Shown one piece after another: positions 28,715 to 37,307 of a stretch of 61,892 nucleotides of DNA. The notes below the pieces were generated by a model, which was not told the origin of the DNA, searched no databases, and saw only the letters and a list, made by a program, of their open reading frames with translations. The position numbers and the translations under genes are program-made. Position 1 is the first letter of the stretch; each line of letters opens with the position of its first letter. Source of the stretch: a virus (lineage: Duplodnaviria > Caudoviricetes); IMG/VR virus record IMGVR_UViG_3300036945_000312, positions 1 through 61,892 of that record, one strand, 5' to 3'.

Positions 28715-29226
28715 TCGGCGGGAAGCTCAGGCGGGGTAATAGCAAACATATCAGAGTCGATAGTCTTCATCAAACGCTCCCGCAGTAGCTGTTCCAACTC
28801 TTCCGTTGGCCTGTGCCGCATGGTAATTTCCGTCTTGTCCGTGAACAGTCCAACGTCTGATATCTTGCCTAGCAGTTCGTAGCACTTGAGCCGGATGCGG
28901 GGATCGGGGTTAGCCGAATCCACAATCAACTTGTTCGTTACGTAGGTCCGCAGTTGAGCAGCCGATTGAATGACTACCTTGTCGTACTCGTCCAGCAGGG
29001 CCTTGATATGAATGATGGTGCCCGGGGAGGACAGCATAGTCTCCGTAGCCGCCTTGGTGCCCGTGAACACGGCGTGAGCCGCAGAGATATCGGCATCTGA
29101 TACTTCCACCCCATCGGCGATTTCCGCGAGGCTGTTGAACGCAGCAGCTATTCGAGCTTGCAGGTCCTCAAACGTAGGCGGGTATTCCGCATAGGGGATG
29201 TCAGTGTCGATAACTGGAAATTGCAT
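28711..29226 (-). CDS. Putative terminase small subunit
   Basis: Start moved to ATG 29226; RLKCYELLGKISDVGLF; ATGA-coupled to terL. Confidence 0.6.
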   Translation of the reverse strand: MQFPVIDTDIPYAEYPPTFEDLQARIAAAFNSLAEIADGVEVSDADISAAHAVFTGTKAATETMLSSPGTIIHIKALLDEYDKVVIQSAAQLRTYVTNKLIVDSANPDPRIRLKCYELLGKISDVGLFTDKTEITMRHRPTEELEQLLRERLMKTIDSDMFAITPPELPAE

Positions 29227-29465
29227 AAGTTGTCCGCAGCCGTGAGGCGATATGAAATTATTACACAAAAATTTGGCAGGGGCATTTTATTTAGCTAGGG
29301 GGGTCTTTCCGTGGGGCCGATACCGGAATTCCGATAACGGAAAAATATTTACCTATGTCTAGTTAAGAGGTGGTGAAGTAGCCGTGGGAGTTGCGCTCAG
29401 TGTAATTGCAGGCGGGACTCCAAACGCCAGAAACGGGTCCGGGGTACCGGTGGGGTCAGGCTTCC

Positions 29466-29479
29466 AACTAATATTAGTT
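29466..29479. promoter_or_regulatory. 14-bp palindrome AACTAATATTAGTT, copy 1
   Basis: Perfect copy 21 bp upstream of the -35 of the first early promoter. Confidence 0.8.
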
Positions 29480-29500
29480 TCAGTTCGTCGCCTAGGGTAC

Positions 29501-29529
29501 TTGACAATGTATAAGAACTGGGTTACATT
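29501..29529 (+). promoter_or_regulatory. Strong sigma70 early promoter
   Basis: TTGACA-17 bp-TACATT. Confidence 0.85.
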
Positions 29530-29587
29530 ATAGGTGTTGGTTGTTTAAGGGTTGTTTCATACCTACGACTGACTTGGAGTATTTCAC

Positions 29588-30175
29588 ATGGCTAAGTCTA
29601 CACAGATGGTTTCCTTCAATACCACTGCAACAGTGGTTATCAAGTCAATGAAGGCCCAAGAGGCCGCATCAATAAAAGGCGGCGAGGTCATCGAGGCGGC
29701 GTTCATCCAATACCTTGACGCTTGCACTATTGCAGGTATTCCCCGCGATCAAGAGGGCGTTGATGCTATCGGGAAAGAGATATTGGAATGTCAAGTGATG
29801 TTAGACGCTATTGCGATACTTGGGCCTGTGTTTAAGAATACGGTGTCGTCATATTCAGGGGGCGCAAAACGCGCTTATTTCTTGAATGTTCAATGGTACG
29901 CATCAGCGCATCTGCACCCCCTCAAAGGCGGCTTGGCTTTCCTGCCGTGGGGTAAGGGCGCGAAGGCCGAAGCGGCACGTTTGGCGGCACTGGCTGCAGG
30001 TGGCGAAGCCCCCGCGACAAAAGCTCGGACAGGCAATGTCACCACGACCGATAACAAAGCTTTGTTAGATACCCTTAGGAAAGCAATAGAACAAGCTATG
30101 ATTTTGAATCGCCTTGAAATGAAGGGTAGTCTAATTGACCTTGCTTGTGAGATTGACCCTGACTTCAAGGTGTAA
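29588..30175 (+). CDS. Hypothetical immediate-early protein
   Basis: 195 aa, GGAG RBS, first gene after the promoter. Confidence 0.75.
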   Translation: MAKSTQMVSFNTTATVVIKSMKAQEAASIKGGEVIEAAFIQYLDACTIAGIPRDQEGVDAIGKEILECQVMLDAIAILGPVFKNTVSSYSGGAKRAYFLNVQWYASAHLHPLKGGLAFLPWGKGAKAEAARLAALAAGGEAPATKARTGNVTTTDNKALLDTLRKAIEQAMILNRLEMKGSLIDLACEIDPDFKV

Positions 30176-30225
30176 GGGCATACCATGAACTCCTGAGGGC
30201 AGGGGTTTGTAGTGCGTCTTTGCAC
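30170..30225 (+). other. Long imperfect intergenic hairpin (RNase III-site-like)
   Basis: GTGTAAGGGCATAC-CATGAACTCCTG-AGGG-CAGGGGTTTGTA-GTGCGTCTTTGCAC. Confidence 0.5.
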
Positions 30226-30241
30226 TTAACGGAGAAATAGT

Positions 30242-30496
30242 ATGACAAGTACCGCAGCATTTTTGGCCCAGCAGATCAATGCGAACGGTTTCGTTCGCGG
30301 CTGGAATCAGTCGCACCGCTTCGGCGTGCGCGTACAGGACGGCGAAGTGACTTCGCTATTCCCAGTCAATGCGGACTGGGATGGCTACAGATTCCATGGA
30401 TATGACCGGGCAACTCGTGCCGAGGTGCTGGAATACTACGGCAGCAAAGGTGCCGCGATGGCTGCATGGACCAAACGGTTTGGAGGTGCAGAATGA
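30242..30496 (+). CDS. Hypothetical early protein
   Basis: 84 aa, GGAG RBS. Confidence 0.7.
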   Translation: MTSTAAFLAQQINANGFVRGWNQSHRFGVRVQDGEVTSLFPVNADWDGYRFHGYDRATRAEVLEYYGSKGAAMAAWTKRFGGAE

Positions 30497-30672
30497 ATGC
30501 CGTGATTCAAGCCCTTGATGGGCAATGTAAGCCCATCGGAGAGCCAAAGGACTTGACTACTGTGGCTGGGATGGCTTGGGGTGTTCGGGAAGATATCCAA
30601 AATGGAAAACGGGGAATGATCCCCAACTGGTGTTCTAGTCCTGCAGTGTGGTGGCTAGTGACGGAAGCCTGA
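30493..30672 (+). CDS. Hypothetical early protein
   Basis: Start moved to ATG 30493 (GGAGG RBS, ATGA overlap). Confidence 0.65.
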   Translation: MNAVIQALDGQCKPIGEPKDLTTVAGMAWGVREDIQNGKRGMIPNWCSSPAVWWLVTEA

Positions 30673-30689
30673 CCAGCGCCTACCCAACG

Positions 30690-30712
30690 AACCGCCGAAA
30701 GGCGGTTTTTTT
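30690..30712 (+). terminator. Intrinsic terminator
   Basis: AACCGCC-GAAA-GGCGGTT plus T run. Confidence 0.9.
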
Positions 30713-30748
30713 ACGCCCGGATTTTCCCGGGCGTTGCATGATAGTAAG

Positions 30749-30780
30749 GCAAGTGAGCAAGTGAGCAGGCGAGCAGGCGA
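30749..30780 (+). repeat. Four tandem 8-bp repeats (iteron-like)
   Basis: GCAAGTGA GCAAGTGA GCAGGCGA GCAGGCGA. Confidence 0.7.
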
Positions 30781-30814
30781 GCGGGAGCGCCATACAAGAA
30801 TACACCTTACTCTT

Positions 30815-30828
30815 AACTAATATTAGTT
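30815..30828. promoter_or_regulatory. 14-bp palindrome, copy 2
   Basis: Perfect AACTAATATTAGTT in the non-coding region. Confidence 0.8.
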
Positions 30829-31490
30829 GGGCTCTTACACTGAGTAAGTGTAGGCTCGTATTGTAAGAGGTTCAATGCGTCAGCCTTTTGGGCCCTAAAG
30901 TATGGTGTATATAGAAGAAGTAACGGTAACAAGTGGTATTCGGGTTTCTACATTACGTTTGAATAGTATTCTGGCATACAGGCACTACGAAGGGGCCAAA
31001 ACGGCAGTGGCGGACGTAACGAAAAGCAAGAAAACCTCTAATAATAATACTTTATAAGATTGTATTGTTACCTTGTACTGCCCGTAACGCGCTAAAAAAA
31101 CCGTAGGATTTGCACGGAATCCGAATTTGTGAGTTCTCAAAGAACAAGTTATTTGTATCTTTTTAAAAAAGTCCGGGGGCGCTCTCAGGAGCTCTCTCCG
31201 GCCAAAAACATCGCATCATCGCCTTCTCTTGATACCCTACACTACTTCCCGCCCCGTTCCGCCCAACCTGTTGATTTCAGAGGGTTTTCCCCTGTAAGAC
31301 TGCTGTGGTACGCGGCTACGCCCTTACATAAAGATTCCCGTAACCTATACAGACAAGAGGGTACAAGCCTACACTATAACGTTCAAAAAACTATACAGAC
31401 TCAACTCAAAATAAATCGTACCAAACACTTTTCCCGCCCCCTTTTTCCGTGGTACACTCTGCTCCTCTTCAACTTAATAGACTCTTAAAT

Positions 31491-32294
31491 ATGCTTTACT
31501 CTTACAACGATCTTGCCCTGCAGCCCCAAACGCAGGCTGTTCAGTTCTCTCCTTCTGCAGATATGCCATTTACTAGCCTGCGGGTCTGCCATGACAAGGC
31601 GGTAAAACTGTTCGTGATCGGCACCCCAGAGGCCCCAGTGTTCTACGGGGCGGAAGCTATCCTGAACGGGCTCCTGCATGGTGCGGCTGATATGGAGTTG
31701 CCTTTGCCTGACCCCTTGCCAGTGCCAGAGGCGTTCGCGGTGCTGGATGCACAGGAGCAACTAATATTAGTTACGGCTGCTCTGGGGGCGCACATGGACA
31801 GCCTCACGCTGCTGGCAGGGTCAAAGGCGGCACTATCGCTGCTCATGGGCAAGGCTACTGCTCTGGGGTTTGTGGTGGCTAGGTCTAGCGATGCTCTGGG
31901 CTTGGGCGACAAGGTACGGGCCGACACTACTGCGGCTATACGGAGCCGACTGCTGAATGAGCAGGTATCTAACGATATAGAAGACGCCACGACTAAGATA
32001 CCGAATGCGGTGATGGACGCGCCCCTGATGCAGATCGTACCGGGTGGGGCTGCGATGCTGGAGCGGCTGGAGCGTATGCGTCCGGACACTAAGAGCCTTG
32101 CTACGCGCATGAAGTGGCCCTTCAGGGAGATGGAGGTGGGCGATGTGGTGCGTATCCCTGCGGTGCTAGCCAAACGGGCGCAAACGGCAGTCCACGTATA
32201 TGGTGCGCGGATGGGTAAGCGGTTTGCTAGCACCGGGGAGCGGGGCACGGGGATTCTCACGGTAACCCGCCTGCGGGACAAAGCCCCCACCTGA
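31491..32294 (+). CDS. Hypothetical protein with C-terminal WPFREMEVGD small domain (putative DNA-binding)
   Basis: Start moved to ATG 31491; own terminator; C-terminal KWPFREMEVGDVV...KRF...VTRL. Confidence 0.7.
   Translation: MLYSYNDLALQPQTQAVQFSPSADMPFTSLRVCHDKAVKLFVIGTPEAPVFYGAEAILNGLLHGAADMELPLPDPLPVPEAFAVLDAQEQLILVTAALGAHMDSLTLLAGSKAALSLLMGKATALGFVVARSSDALGLGDKVRADTTAAIRSRLLNEQVSNDIEDATTKIPNAVMDAPLMQIVPGGAAMLERLERMRPDTKSLATRMKWPFREMEVGDVVRIPAVLAKRAQTAVHVYGARMGKRFASTGERGTGILTVTRLRDKAPT
31759..31772. promoter_or_regulatory. 14-bp palindrome, copy 3 (intragenic)
   Basis: Perfect copy read as Q-L-I-L-V. Confidence 0.75.
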
Positions 32295-32314
32295 ACTGCA
32301 ACTACTGTCATCGC

Positions 32315-32339
32315 AGGGCCCCAGAAGTGGGGCTTTTTT
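32315..32339 (+). terminator. Intrinsic terminator
   Basis: GGCCCCA-GAAG-TGGGGCT plus T run. Confidence 0.85.
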
Positions 32340-32374
32340 ACGCCTAAATACGGCCCCAACTACCCGCCAAACAC

Positions 32375-32403
32375 TTGACATACTAGACAATGTATGGTAC
32401 AAT
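32375..32403 (+). promoter_or_regulatory. Strong sigma70 early promoter
   Basis: TTGACA-17 bp-TACAAT with TG extended -10. Confidence 0.9.
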
Positions 32404-32459
32404 AGACCCATCGACTTGAGGATCGCTTCAAGTTAGCAGGCACCATACACATCACGGGC

Positions 32460-32474
32460 CACATCATTAACAAT
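32460..32474 (+). promoter_or_regulatory. boxA-like antitermination sequence
   Basis: CACATCATTAACAAT resembles rrn boxA (TGCTCTTTAACAAT), placed after a 5' hairpin. Confidence 0.45.
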
Positions 32475-32491
32475 CTGACGTAAGTCTAACC

Positions 32492-32505
32492 AACTAATAT
32501 TAGTT
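32492..32505. promoter_or_regulatory. 14-bp palindrome, copy 4
   Basis: Perfect; extends to 18 bp (CC...GG). Confidence 0.8.
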
Positions 32506-32864
32506 GGGAGGGCAAGCAAGCCGCTGCTGGTATACCCAGAAGCCTAAAGGTTCGCCTAGTGCGAATCTCCCTTGGCGAGTAAGCGTAGGGTACAGCCCCT
32601 GCATATGTGTGGTAACAGCACTGTGCAATGCAAACCGATACTACTTAAATGAGTGCTGCTCCTCTCGGGGAAACCCTGCATGAGCCCTTGGGACGTGGAA
32701 CCAGCATAGCTGGGATAAGCCACGCCGACAAACTCTATCGTAGTTACAAGCCAATACAAAGCATACAAAGCCAATGAATTCTGACGGGCATAACTGCCCG
32801 TGCTAGAGCGCCTAGCATATAGGGCACATCACTGTGCCTTATGTAGTGGATGCTCCCACTGCGT

Positions 32865-32878
32865 AACTAATATTAGTT
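32865..32878. promoter_or_regulatory. 14-bp palindrome, copy 5
   Basis: Perfect; extends to 22 bp GCGTAACTAATATTAGTTACGC, just before the RBS. Confidence 0.8.
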
Positions 32879-32899
32879 ACGCTAACTTAAGGAAACGAT

Positions 32900-33655
32900 A
32901 TGAATACGTACACAAAATTAAGCCTGCACTTGACCAAGCACATTTACGCCAAAGGCAAGAACCAAGGCGATGCGCCGCTGGATGGTAGTCGTAGAGGGCG
33001 AGCTACGGAGCGGGTTATCTCCCGGCCCGGTTACATGGCGGTAATCATGCACCACACCTGCATACTGCGGGCTTATGAGGACGGGTCGTTTATGCTGGAC
33101 ACACAGGGCTGGCACGACAGCCCCACGACACGAGAGGCACTGCGGGTGGCGTTGAGGTTCACACCGCTGACAGGGCACAGGGTGTATAAGCGCAAGCAGT
33201 TTGGCGTCTCCCAAGCGTGTATGACGCTCAAGGATGGCCGGGTCGTGGCGTTCTACGATGGCATGAGGTTCAACGCTGACGGTGACCTGACTACGGACTT
33301 GATACCGTTTCAGCAACGCCGGATTAACCCAAAGGAATCGAAAGAATTCGCACAAGGGCTCAAGGACTCCGGGTTCACGGCTATGTATCCCCTGCTGTAT
33401 GCCACCTGCACCGCCCCGGAGATGCTACCGTTACCGGATACGCGGCACATGGCGGACATACTGACGACAGACTACAGGGCACCCGCATGGCCAGAGATTA
33501 TCCAGTACTACAAGTTCGAGATGCTATACGACTACAAGTCGCAGACTCGGTTCTTCCAAGAGCGGGGCGATGCCAAGTCCTGCTGGTCTGTGATGATGGC
33601 GCTGTGCAAGGCCAATATGTATGAGACCGTTGCGTCTTCTGTCAGTGCAGTGTAA
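32900..33655 (+). CDS. Hypothetical early protein
   Basis: 251 aa, TAAGGA RBS; GWHDSPTTR and FYDGM motifs. Confidence 0.8.
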   Translation: MNTYTKLSLHLTKHIYAKGKNQGDAPLDGSRRGRATERVISRPGYMAVIMHHTCILRAYEDGSFMLDTQGWHDSPTTREALRVALRFTPLTGHRVYKRKQFGVSQACMTLKDGRVVAFYDGMRFNADGDLTTDLIPFQQRRINPKESKEFAQGLKDSGFTAMYPLLYATCTAPEMLPLPDTRHMADILTTDYRAPAWPEIIQYYKFEMLYDYKSQTRFFQERGDAKSCWSVMMALCKANMYETVASSVSAV

Positions 33656-33663
33656 GCAACCCC

Positions 33664-33677
33664 AACTAATATTAGTT
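33664..33677. promoter_or_regulatory. 14-bp palindrome, copy 6
   Basis: Perfect, intergenic, upstream of the AAA ATPase RBS. Confidence 0.8.
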
Positions 33678-33702
33678 CAAACCAAACCAACCAAGGAATA
33701 TC

Positions 33703-34758
33703 ATGCAAGTAACTCTCAACCAAGCCGCCACCCTTATCCGTACCTGCGGCACTACGAATACATTCCTCCTGCAGGGTCAGCCCGGTGTAGGCAAGTCGGC
33801 CATCCTGCGTATGCTGGCTGCAGAACTACCAGATTATCAGGCGTGCTACATTGACGTAGCTAACCTTGACCTCGGTGACTTGGGTATGCCGGTCATTGAC
33901 CGTGACCAGATGGTTACCAACTACGCACCGAATAGCAGGTTCGGTATCGGCAAGGGGCAAGATCGGCCTGTGCTGCTGATGCTGGACGAGTTGGGCAAGG
34001 GTGCCCGTCCCATTATTAATATGCTGCTGCCTGTGATTCTTGAGCGTAGGCTTGGTGACGTTGTGCTGCCAGTGGGTAGCATCGTGTTCGGTACGACTAA
34101 CCTTGCGACTGACGGGGTAGGCGACAACATACCGGCTCATGCCCACAACAGGATGACGGTGCTGGACGTAGCTAACCCTGCGGTTGACGACTGGCTTGGT
34201 TGGGCTGCTAACAATGACATTGCCCCGGAGTTGATGGCGTTTGCCCGTGACTTCCCCCAAGTGTTCGAGCGGTACGACCTGATCGACAAGGTAGAGAAGA
34301 ACCCGTACATCTTCAGCCCATTGACGGGTAATACCAAGGCGTTCTGTTCGCCTAGGTCTATGGAGAAGGCAAGCAACATCATCAAGCAACGTGCGGCCCT
34401 TGGCTCTGCGTTACTGCCCGCACTGATCGGCACACTGGGCGAGGCTGCAGCCCGTGACTTGGATGCACTGGTCAATCTGGCTGACGGTATGACTAGCTTC
34501 GTTAGCATCATCGCAGACCCCGCTAAGGCACGGTTACCTGACGGTGCGGGTGCGTACTTCCTGATGGCCTTCAGCCTTGCGGCCCGTGCCAATGCAGAGA
34601 ACCTGACGCAGATCATCACGTATGTCAATCGGTTCGAGTCGTTCGAGGCCAAGACGCTGTTCGCCACCACACTGGCAAGCAACAAGGCTAAGGTAGGCAT
34701 GGCGTGTAGCAATCGTACCTTTACGGTAATGGCCGCTGCTCTCGGTAAGTTCTTCTAA
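33703..34758 (+). CDS. AAA+ ATPase (MoxR/dynein-related AAA_5-like)
   Basis: Walker A GQPGVGKS, Walker B LLMLDE, sensor N, NR arginine finger, SPRS. Confidence 0.9.
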   Translation: MQVTLNQAATLIRTCGTTNTFLLQGQPGVGKSAILRMLAAELPDYQACYIDVANLDLGDLGMPVIDRDQMVTNYAPNSRFGIGKGQDRPVLLMLDELGKGARPIINMLLPVILERRLGDVVLPVGSIVFGTTNLATDGVGDNIPAHAHNRMTVLDVANPAVDDWLGWAANNDIAPELMAFARDFPQVFERYDLIDKVEKNPYIFSPLTGNTKAFCSPRSMEKASNIIKQRAALGSALLPALIGTLGEAAARDLDALVNLADGMTSFVSIIADPAKARLPDGAGAYFLMAFSLAARANAENLTQIITYVNRFESFEAKTLFATTLASNKAKVGMACSNRTFTVMAAALGKFF

Positions 34759-34770
34759 CTAATATTAGTT
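34757..34770. promoter_or_regulatory. 14-bp palindrome, copy 7
   Basis: Perfect; overlaps the ATPase stop codon. Confidence 0.8.
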
Positions 34771-34775
34771 CCATC

Positions 34776-34940
34776 ATGTTAATCACAGAACGCACAAGCA
34801 ACGGTCAGGTCGTAGTCACATTGCACAAAGACTGGTCACCTGACCGGATAGGCAAGGCATACGTCCCGCGCTTCCAGAACAACATCCCATCACGGGATGC
34901 CTACAAACTGCAGACATTACTCCTAAGGAAAACGAAATGA
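34776..34940 (+). CDS. Hypothetical protein (54 aa, below cutoff)
   Basis: MLITERTSNGQVVVTLHKDWSPDRIG...; ATGA-coupled to the next gene. Confidence 0.6.
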   Translation: MLITERTSNGQVVVTLHKDWSPDRIGKAYVPRFQNNIPSRDAYKLQTLLLRKTK

Positions 34941-35179
34941 AAACACCAACAACCACAACAGTCGTACCCGACTGGGCTGCTATCTGGGCGCGGCTTGAGA
35001 CGGGGGAGATTCTGACTTTAGAGGACATGACCCTGCCCATGACCCGTGCGTTCAATATGTGGGCGCGGGTACATAAGACCATGGGCCTTAAGACCCGGGG
35101 ACTACTCACTGGCGGGTATCAGGTGCAGATAGGCAACCCTGTGCCAACAGAGAAACGCCGGTATACCAAGAGGAACTGA
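34937..35179 (+). CDS. Hypothetical protein
   Basis: 80 aa, TAAGGA RBS. Confidence 0.7.
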   Translation: MKTPTTTTVVPDWAAIWARLETGEILTLEDMTLPMTRAFNMWARVHKTMGLKTRGLLTGGYQVQIGNPVPTEKRRYTKRN

Positions 35180-35180
35180 T

Positions 35181-35360
35181 ATGAAGACCACTATCATTAC
35201 CGACGATGCTATTAGCCTTACGACTCTACGTAAGTTTCAGACAGAGATTGCGATTCGGGATAGGCAGATTGCCTTCCTGATGGAAGCATTGCAGAACACG
35301 GCGTCCCATGCACAGATGGTGCTGGCGGCTATCGTTGAGACAACCCCAACGGATAAGTAA
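35181..35360 (+). CDS. Hypothetical protein (59 aa)
   Basis: MKTTIITDDAISLTTLRKFQ...; GAGGA RBS. Confidence 0.65.
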   Translation: MKTTIITDDAISLTTLRKFQTEIAIRDRQIAFLMEALQNTASHAQMVLAAIVETTPTDK

Positions 35361-35449
35361 TGGACTACCTCTACGACTTCCTCGTGTCGTTCGTAGTGGT
35401 CATAGGACTGCTACTTATGAGTCTATTTAAATACGTGCTACCCAACTAA
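35360..35449 (+). CDS. 29-aa single-pass membrane mini-protein
   Basis: MDYLYDFLVSFVVVIGLLLMSLFKYVLPN; TAATG coupling. Confidence 0.5.
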   Translation: MDYLYDFLVSFVVVIGLLLMSLFKYVLPN

Positions 35450-35457
35450 TATTAGTT
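35444..35457. promoter_or_regulatory. 14-bp palindrome, copy 8
   Basis: Perfect; supplies the mini-gene stop, precedes the peptidase-VWA RBS. Confidence 0.8.
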
Positions 35458-35474
35458 ACAACTAAGGAAACAAA

Positions 35475-36635
35475 ATGAACAGTTCAGATCGTATCAAGAA
35501 GGCCCACGTTGCCATCATGCAGCACAAGAAGCTGTGTGTATTCTCCGGCCTGCTGGCCTGCGGTAAGGTGACCGTGACTGAGGACATCCCCACTGCGTGT
35601 ACTAATGGCTGGGACGTGCAGTACAACCCCGAGTTTGTCGCGGAGCTTAAGGACCCTGAGTTGCGGTTCCTTGTGTTGCATGAGGCGTTGCACAAAGCGT
35701 ATCGTCACCTCCATGTGTGGAAAAGCCTGTGGGATATTGACCCTCAGTTGGCAAACATTGCGGCTGACCACTTCAACAACCTGTCGCTGGTTGACTTGGA
35801 TGCAGGCGAGGGGTTCCTTGCCATGCCTAAGGTAGGTGTGCAGCCTGACCCGCAGTACCGGGGTAACTCTGTGTCGATGATCTTCGACAAGCTTCGGCAG
35901 AACCCCCCACCCAAAGACCCGCAAGGTGGCGGCGGTGACGGTATGGACGACCACGACTGGAAGTCAGGCAATGCAGCAAGCCTCACAGAGCAAGAGATGC
36001 AGGGCAAGGAGATCGACCGGGCTATGCGTCAGGGCGAGATCATGCGTAGCAAGATGCAAGGCAAGGGTAGTAAGGGTCAGTCTGGGGTGTTCGGTGACTT
36101 GCTGACACCTGTGATTGACTGGCGCAAGGTATTGCGCGACTTCATCACTGAGACCTGCGCTGGCCGCGACGAGTCAACGTGGCGTAGACCTAACCGTAGG
36201 TTTATCGGTGACGATGTGTATATGCCTAGCATGATGAGTACGACGATGAACGAATTAGTTATCGGGTTCGATACCTCAGGCTCGTGCTTCGGTGGTGCAG
36301 ACATGGCGCGGTTCGTATCCGAGATCAAGGTAATCATCGAGGACGTAAAGCCTAGCAAGTGCCGGGTGATCTACTGGGATACATCAGTTCGTGGTGAGCA
36401 AGTGTTCGAGGACGGACAGTTTGCTGTGCAGAACCTCAAGCCTCAGGGTGGTGGCGGTACGGATGGCTCGGTGCTGTTCGACTACCTGCGCGACAAGCAG
36501 ATATCCCCTGATGCCATCATCCAGTTCAGCGATGGGTACGTAGGTAGCTGGGGCAATAGCTCATGGCCTACGCTGTGGGCACTGACAACTAATATTAGTT
36601 CGCCTTACGGTACGACTATTCACTTAGGAGAATGA
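35475..36635 (+). CDS. DUF2201-type putative metallopeptidase with C-terminal VWA domain
   Basis: PTACTNG, HEALH (HExxH), MIDAS DTSGS, GGGGTD, SDG. Confidence 0.9.
   Translation: MNSSDRIKKAHVAIMQHKKLCVFSGLLACGKVTVTEDIPTACTNGWDVQYNPEFVAELKDPELRFLVLHEALHKAYRHLHVWKSLWDIDPQLANIAADHFNNLSLVDLDAGEGFLAMPKVGVQPDPQYRGNSVSMIFDKLRQNPPPKDPQGGGGDGMDDHDWKSGNAASLTEQEMQGKEIDRAMRQGEIMRSKMQGKGSKGQSGVFGDLLTPVIDWRKVLRDFITETCAGRDESTWRRPNRRFIGDDVYMPSMMSTTMNELVIGFDTSGSCFGGADMARFVSEIKVIIEDVKPSKCRVIYWDTSVRGEQVFEDGQFAVQNLKPQGGGGTDGSVLFDYLRDKQISPDAIIQFSDGYVGSWGNSSWPTLWALTTNISSPYGTTIHLGE
36587..36600. promoter_or_regulatory. 14-bp palindrome, copy 9 (intragenic)
   Basis: Perfect copy read as T-T-N-I-S-S near the gene end. 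Confidence 0.75.
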
Positions 36636-36636
36636 T

Positions 36637-36897
36637 ATGAAATTCGTTATGGAAATCAACAACGTCAAGATCGTGCTGACCACTGAGCAATTGGAAGCCA
36701 TCACTACGGCACTGGATGGCTGCGAGTATCTGGAGAACAAGTACTTAGGCAACAACCTAGGGGTCAACGGGTCGAACTACTTGGAACTACTGAGCCCCGT
36801 GGTCATGCGAGACCTGCTCAAGGTAGGCGTTATGAGTGACGTAGATCACGAAGCCAAGACGTTTGTTACCAAGCAATACAACAAGGATAAGGCATGA
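36637..36897 (+). CDS. Hypothetical protein
   Basis: 86 aa, AGGAG RBS. Confidence 0.7.
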   Translation: MKFVMEINNVKIVLTTEQLEAITTALDGCEYLENKYLGNNLGVNGSNYLELLSPVVMRDLLKVGVMSDVDHEAKTFVTKQYNKDKA

Positions 36898-37307
36898 CAA
36901 CCGCATGGGCACACTTGCCTAACGCCGCGCACATCGACCGGGTACTGGCCTCACTGAAGGCTAACCCGAAGGTATGGGTCGCTGCTCGGACCGCTGCTTG
37001 GGGCGCTGCTCGGGGCGCTGCTCGGGACGCTGTTTGGGACGCTGCTCGGGACGCTGCTCGGGACGCTGCTCGGACCGCTGCTTGGGACGCTGCTTGGGGC
37101 GCTGCTTGGGACGCTGCTCGGGGCGCTGCTCGGGACGCTGCTTGGGGCGCTATAGCTGCGCTCATAGCATGGGACGACTGCGGGGGGTTCTTGGATATGC
37201 CACCCGATGCCGTTCGGCTAGTTGCCGCTGTTGGGAACCACTCTGCCATTCTGGTGCTACCCGCAGCTATCGTATTCAGTAAGTCATCTGTAAGTTTCGC
37301 CAACTAA
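36894..37307 (+). CDS. Protein with tetrapeptide (A-A-[WR]-[DGT])n repeats
   Basis: 12-bp tandem units at about 36980-37150. Confidence 0.75.
   Translation: MTTAWAHLPNAAHIDRVLASLKANPKVWVAARTAAWGAARGAARDAVWDAARDAARDAARTAAWDAAWGAAWDAARGAARDAAWGAIAALIAWDDCGGFLDMPPDAVRLVAAVGNHSAILVLPAAIVFSKSSVSFAN

Larger units (their letters stand above)
32409..32885 (+). ncRNA. Candidate ~480-nt highly structured leader / ncRNA
   Basis: No credible ORF; more than ten hairpins, GAAA and GUAA tetraloops, five back-to-back hairpins before the RBS. Confidence 0.55.

Noticed and set aside
29250-29300. Late promoter upstream of the small terminase
   Set aside because: Only a weak TG-n-AATAAT -10-like element and no -35, too little to call
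31129-31488. 119-aa + strand ORF
   Set aside because: GTG start without RBS, atypical composition and A/T tracts; more likely non-coding
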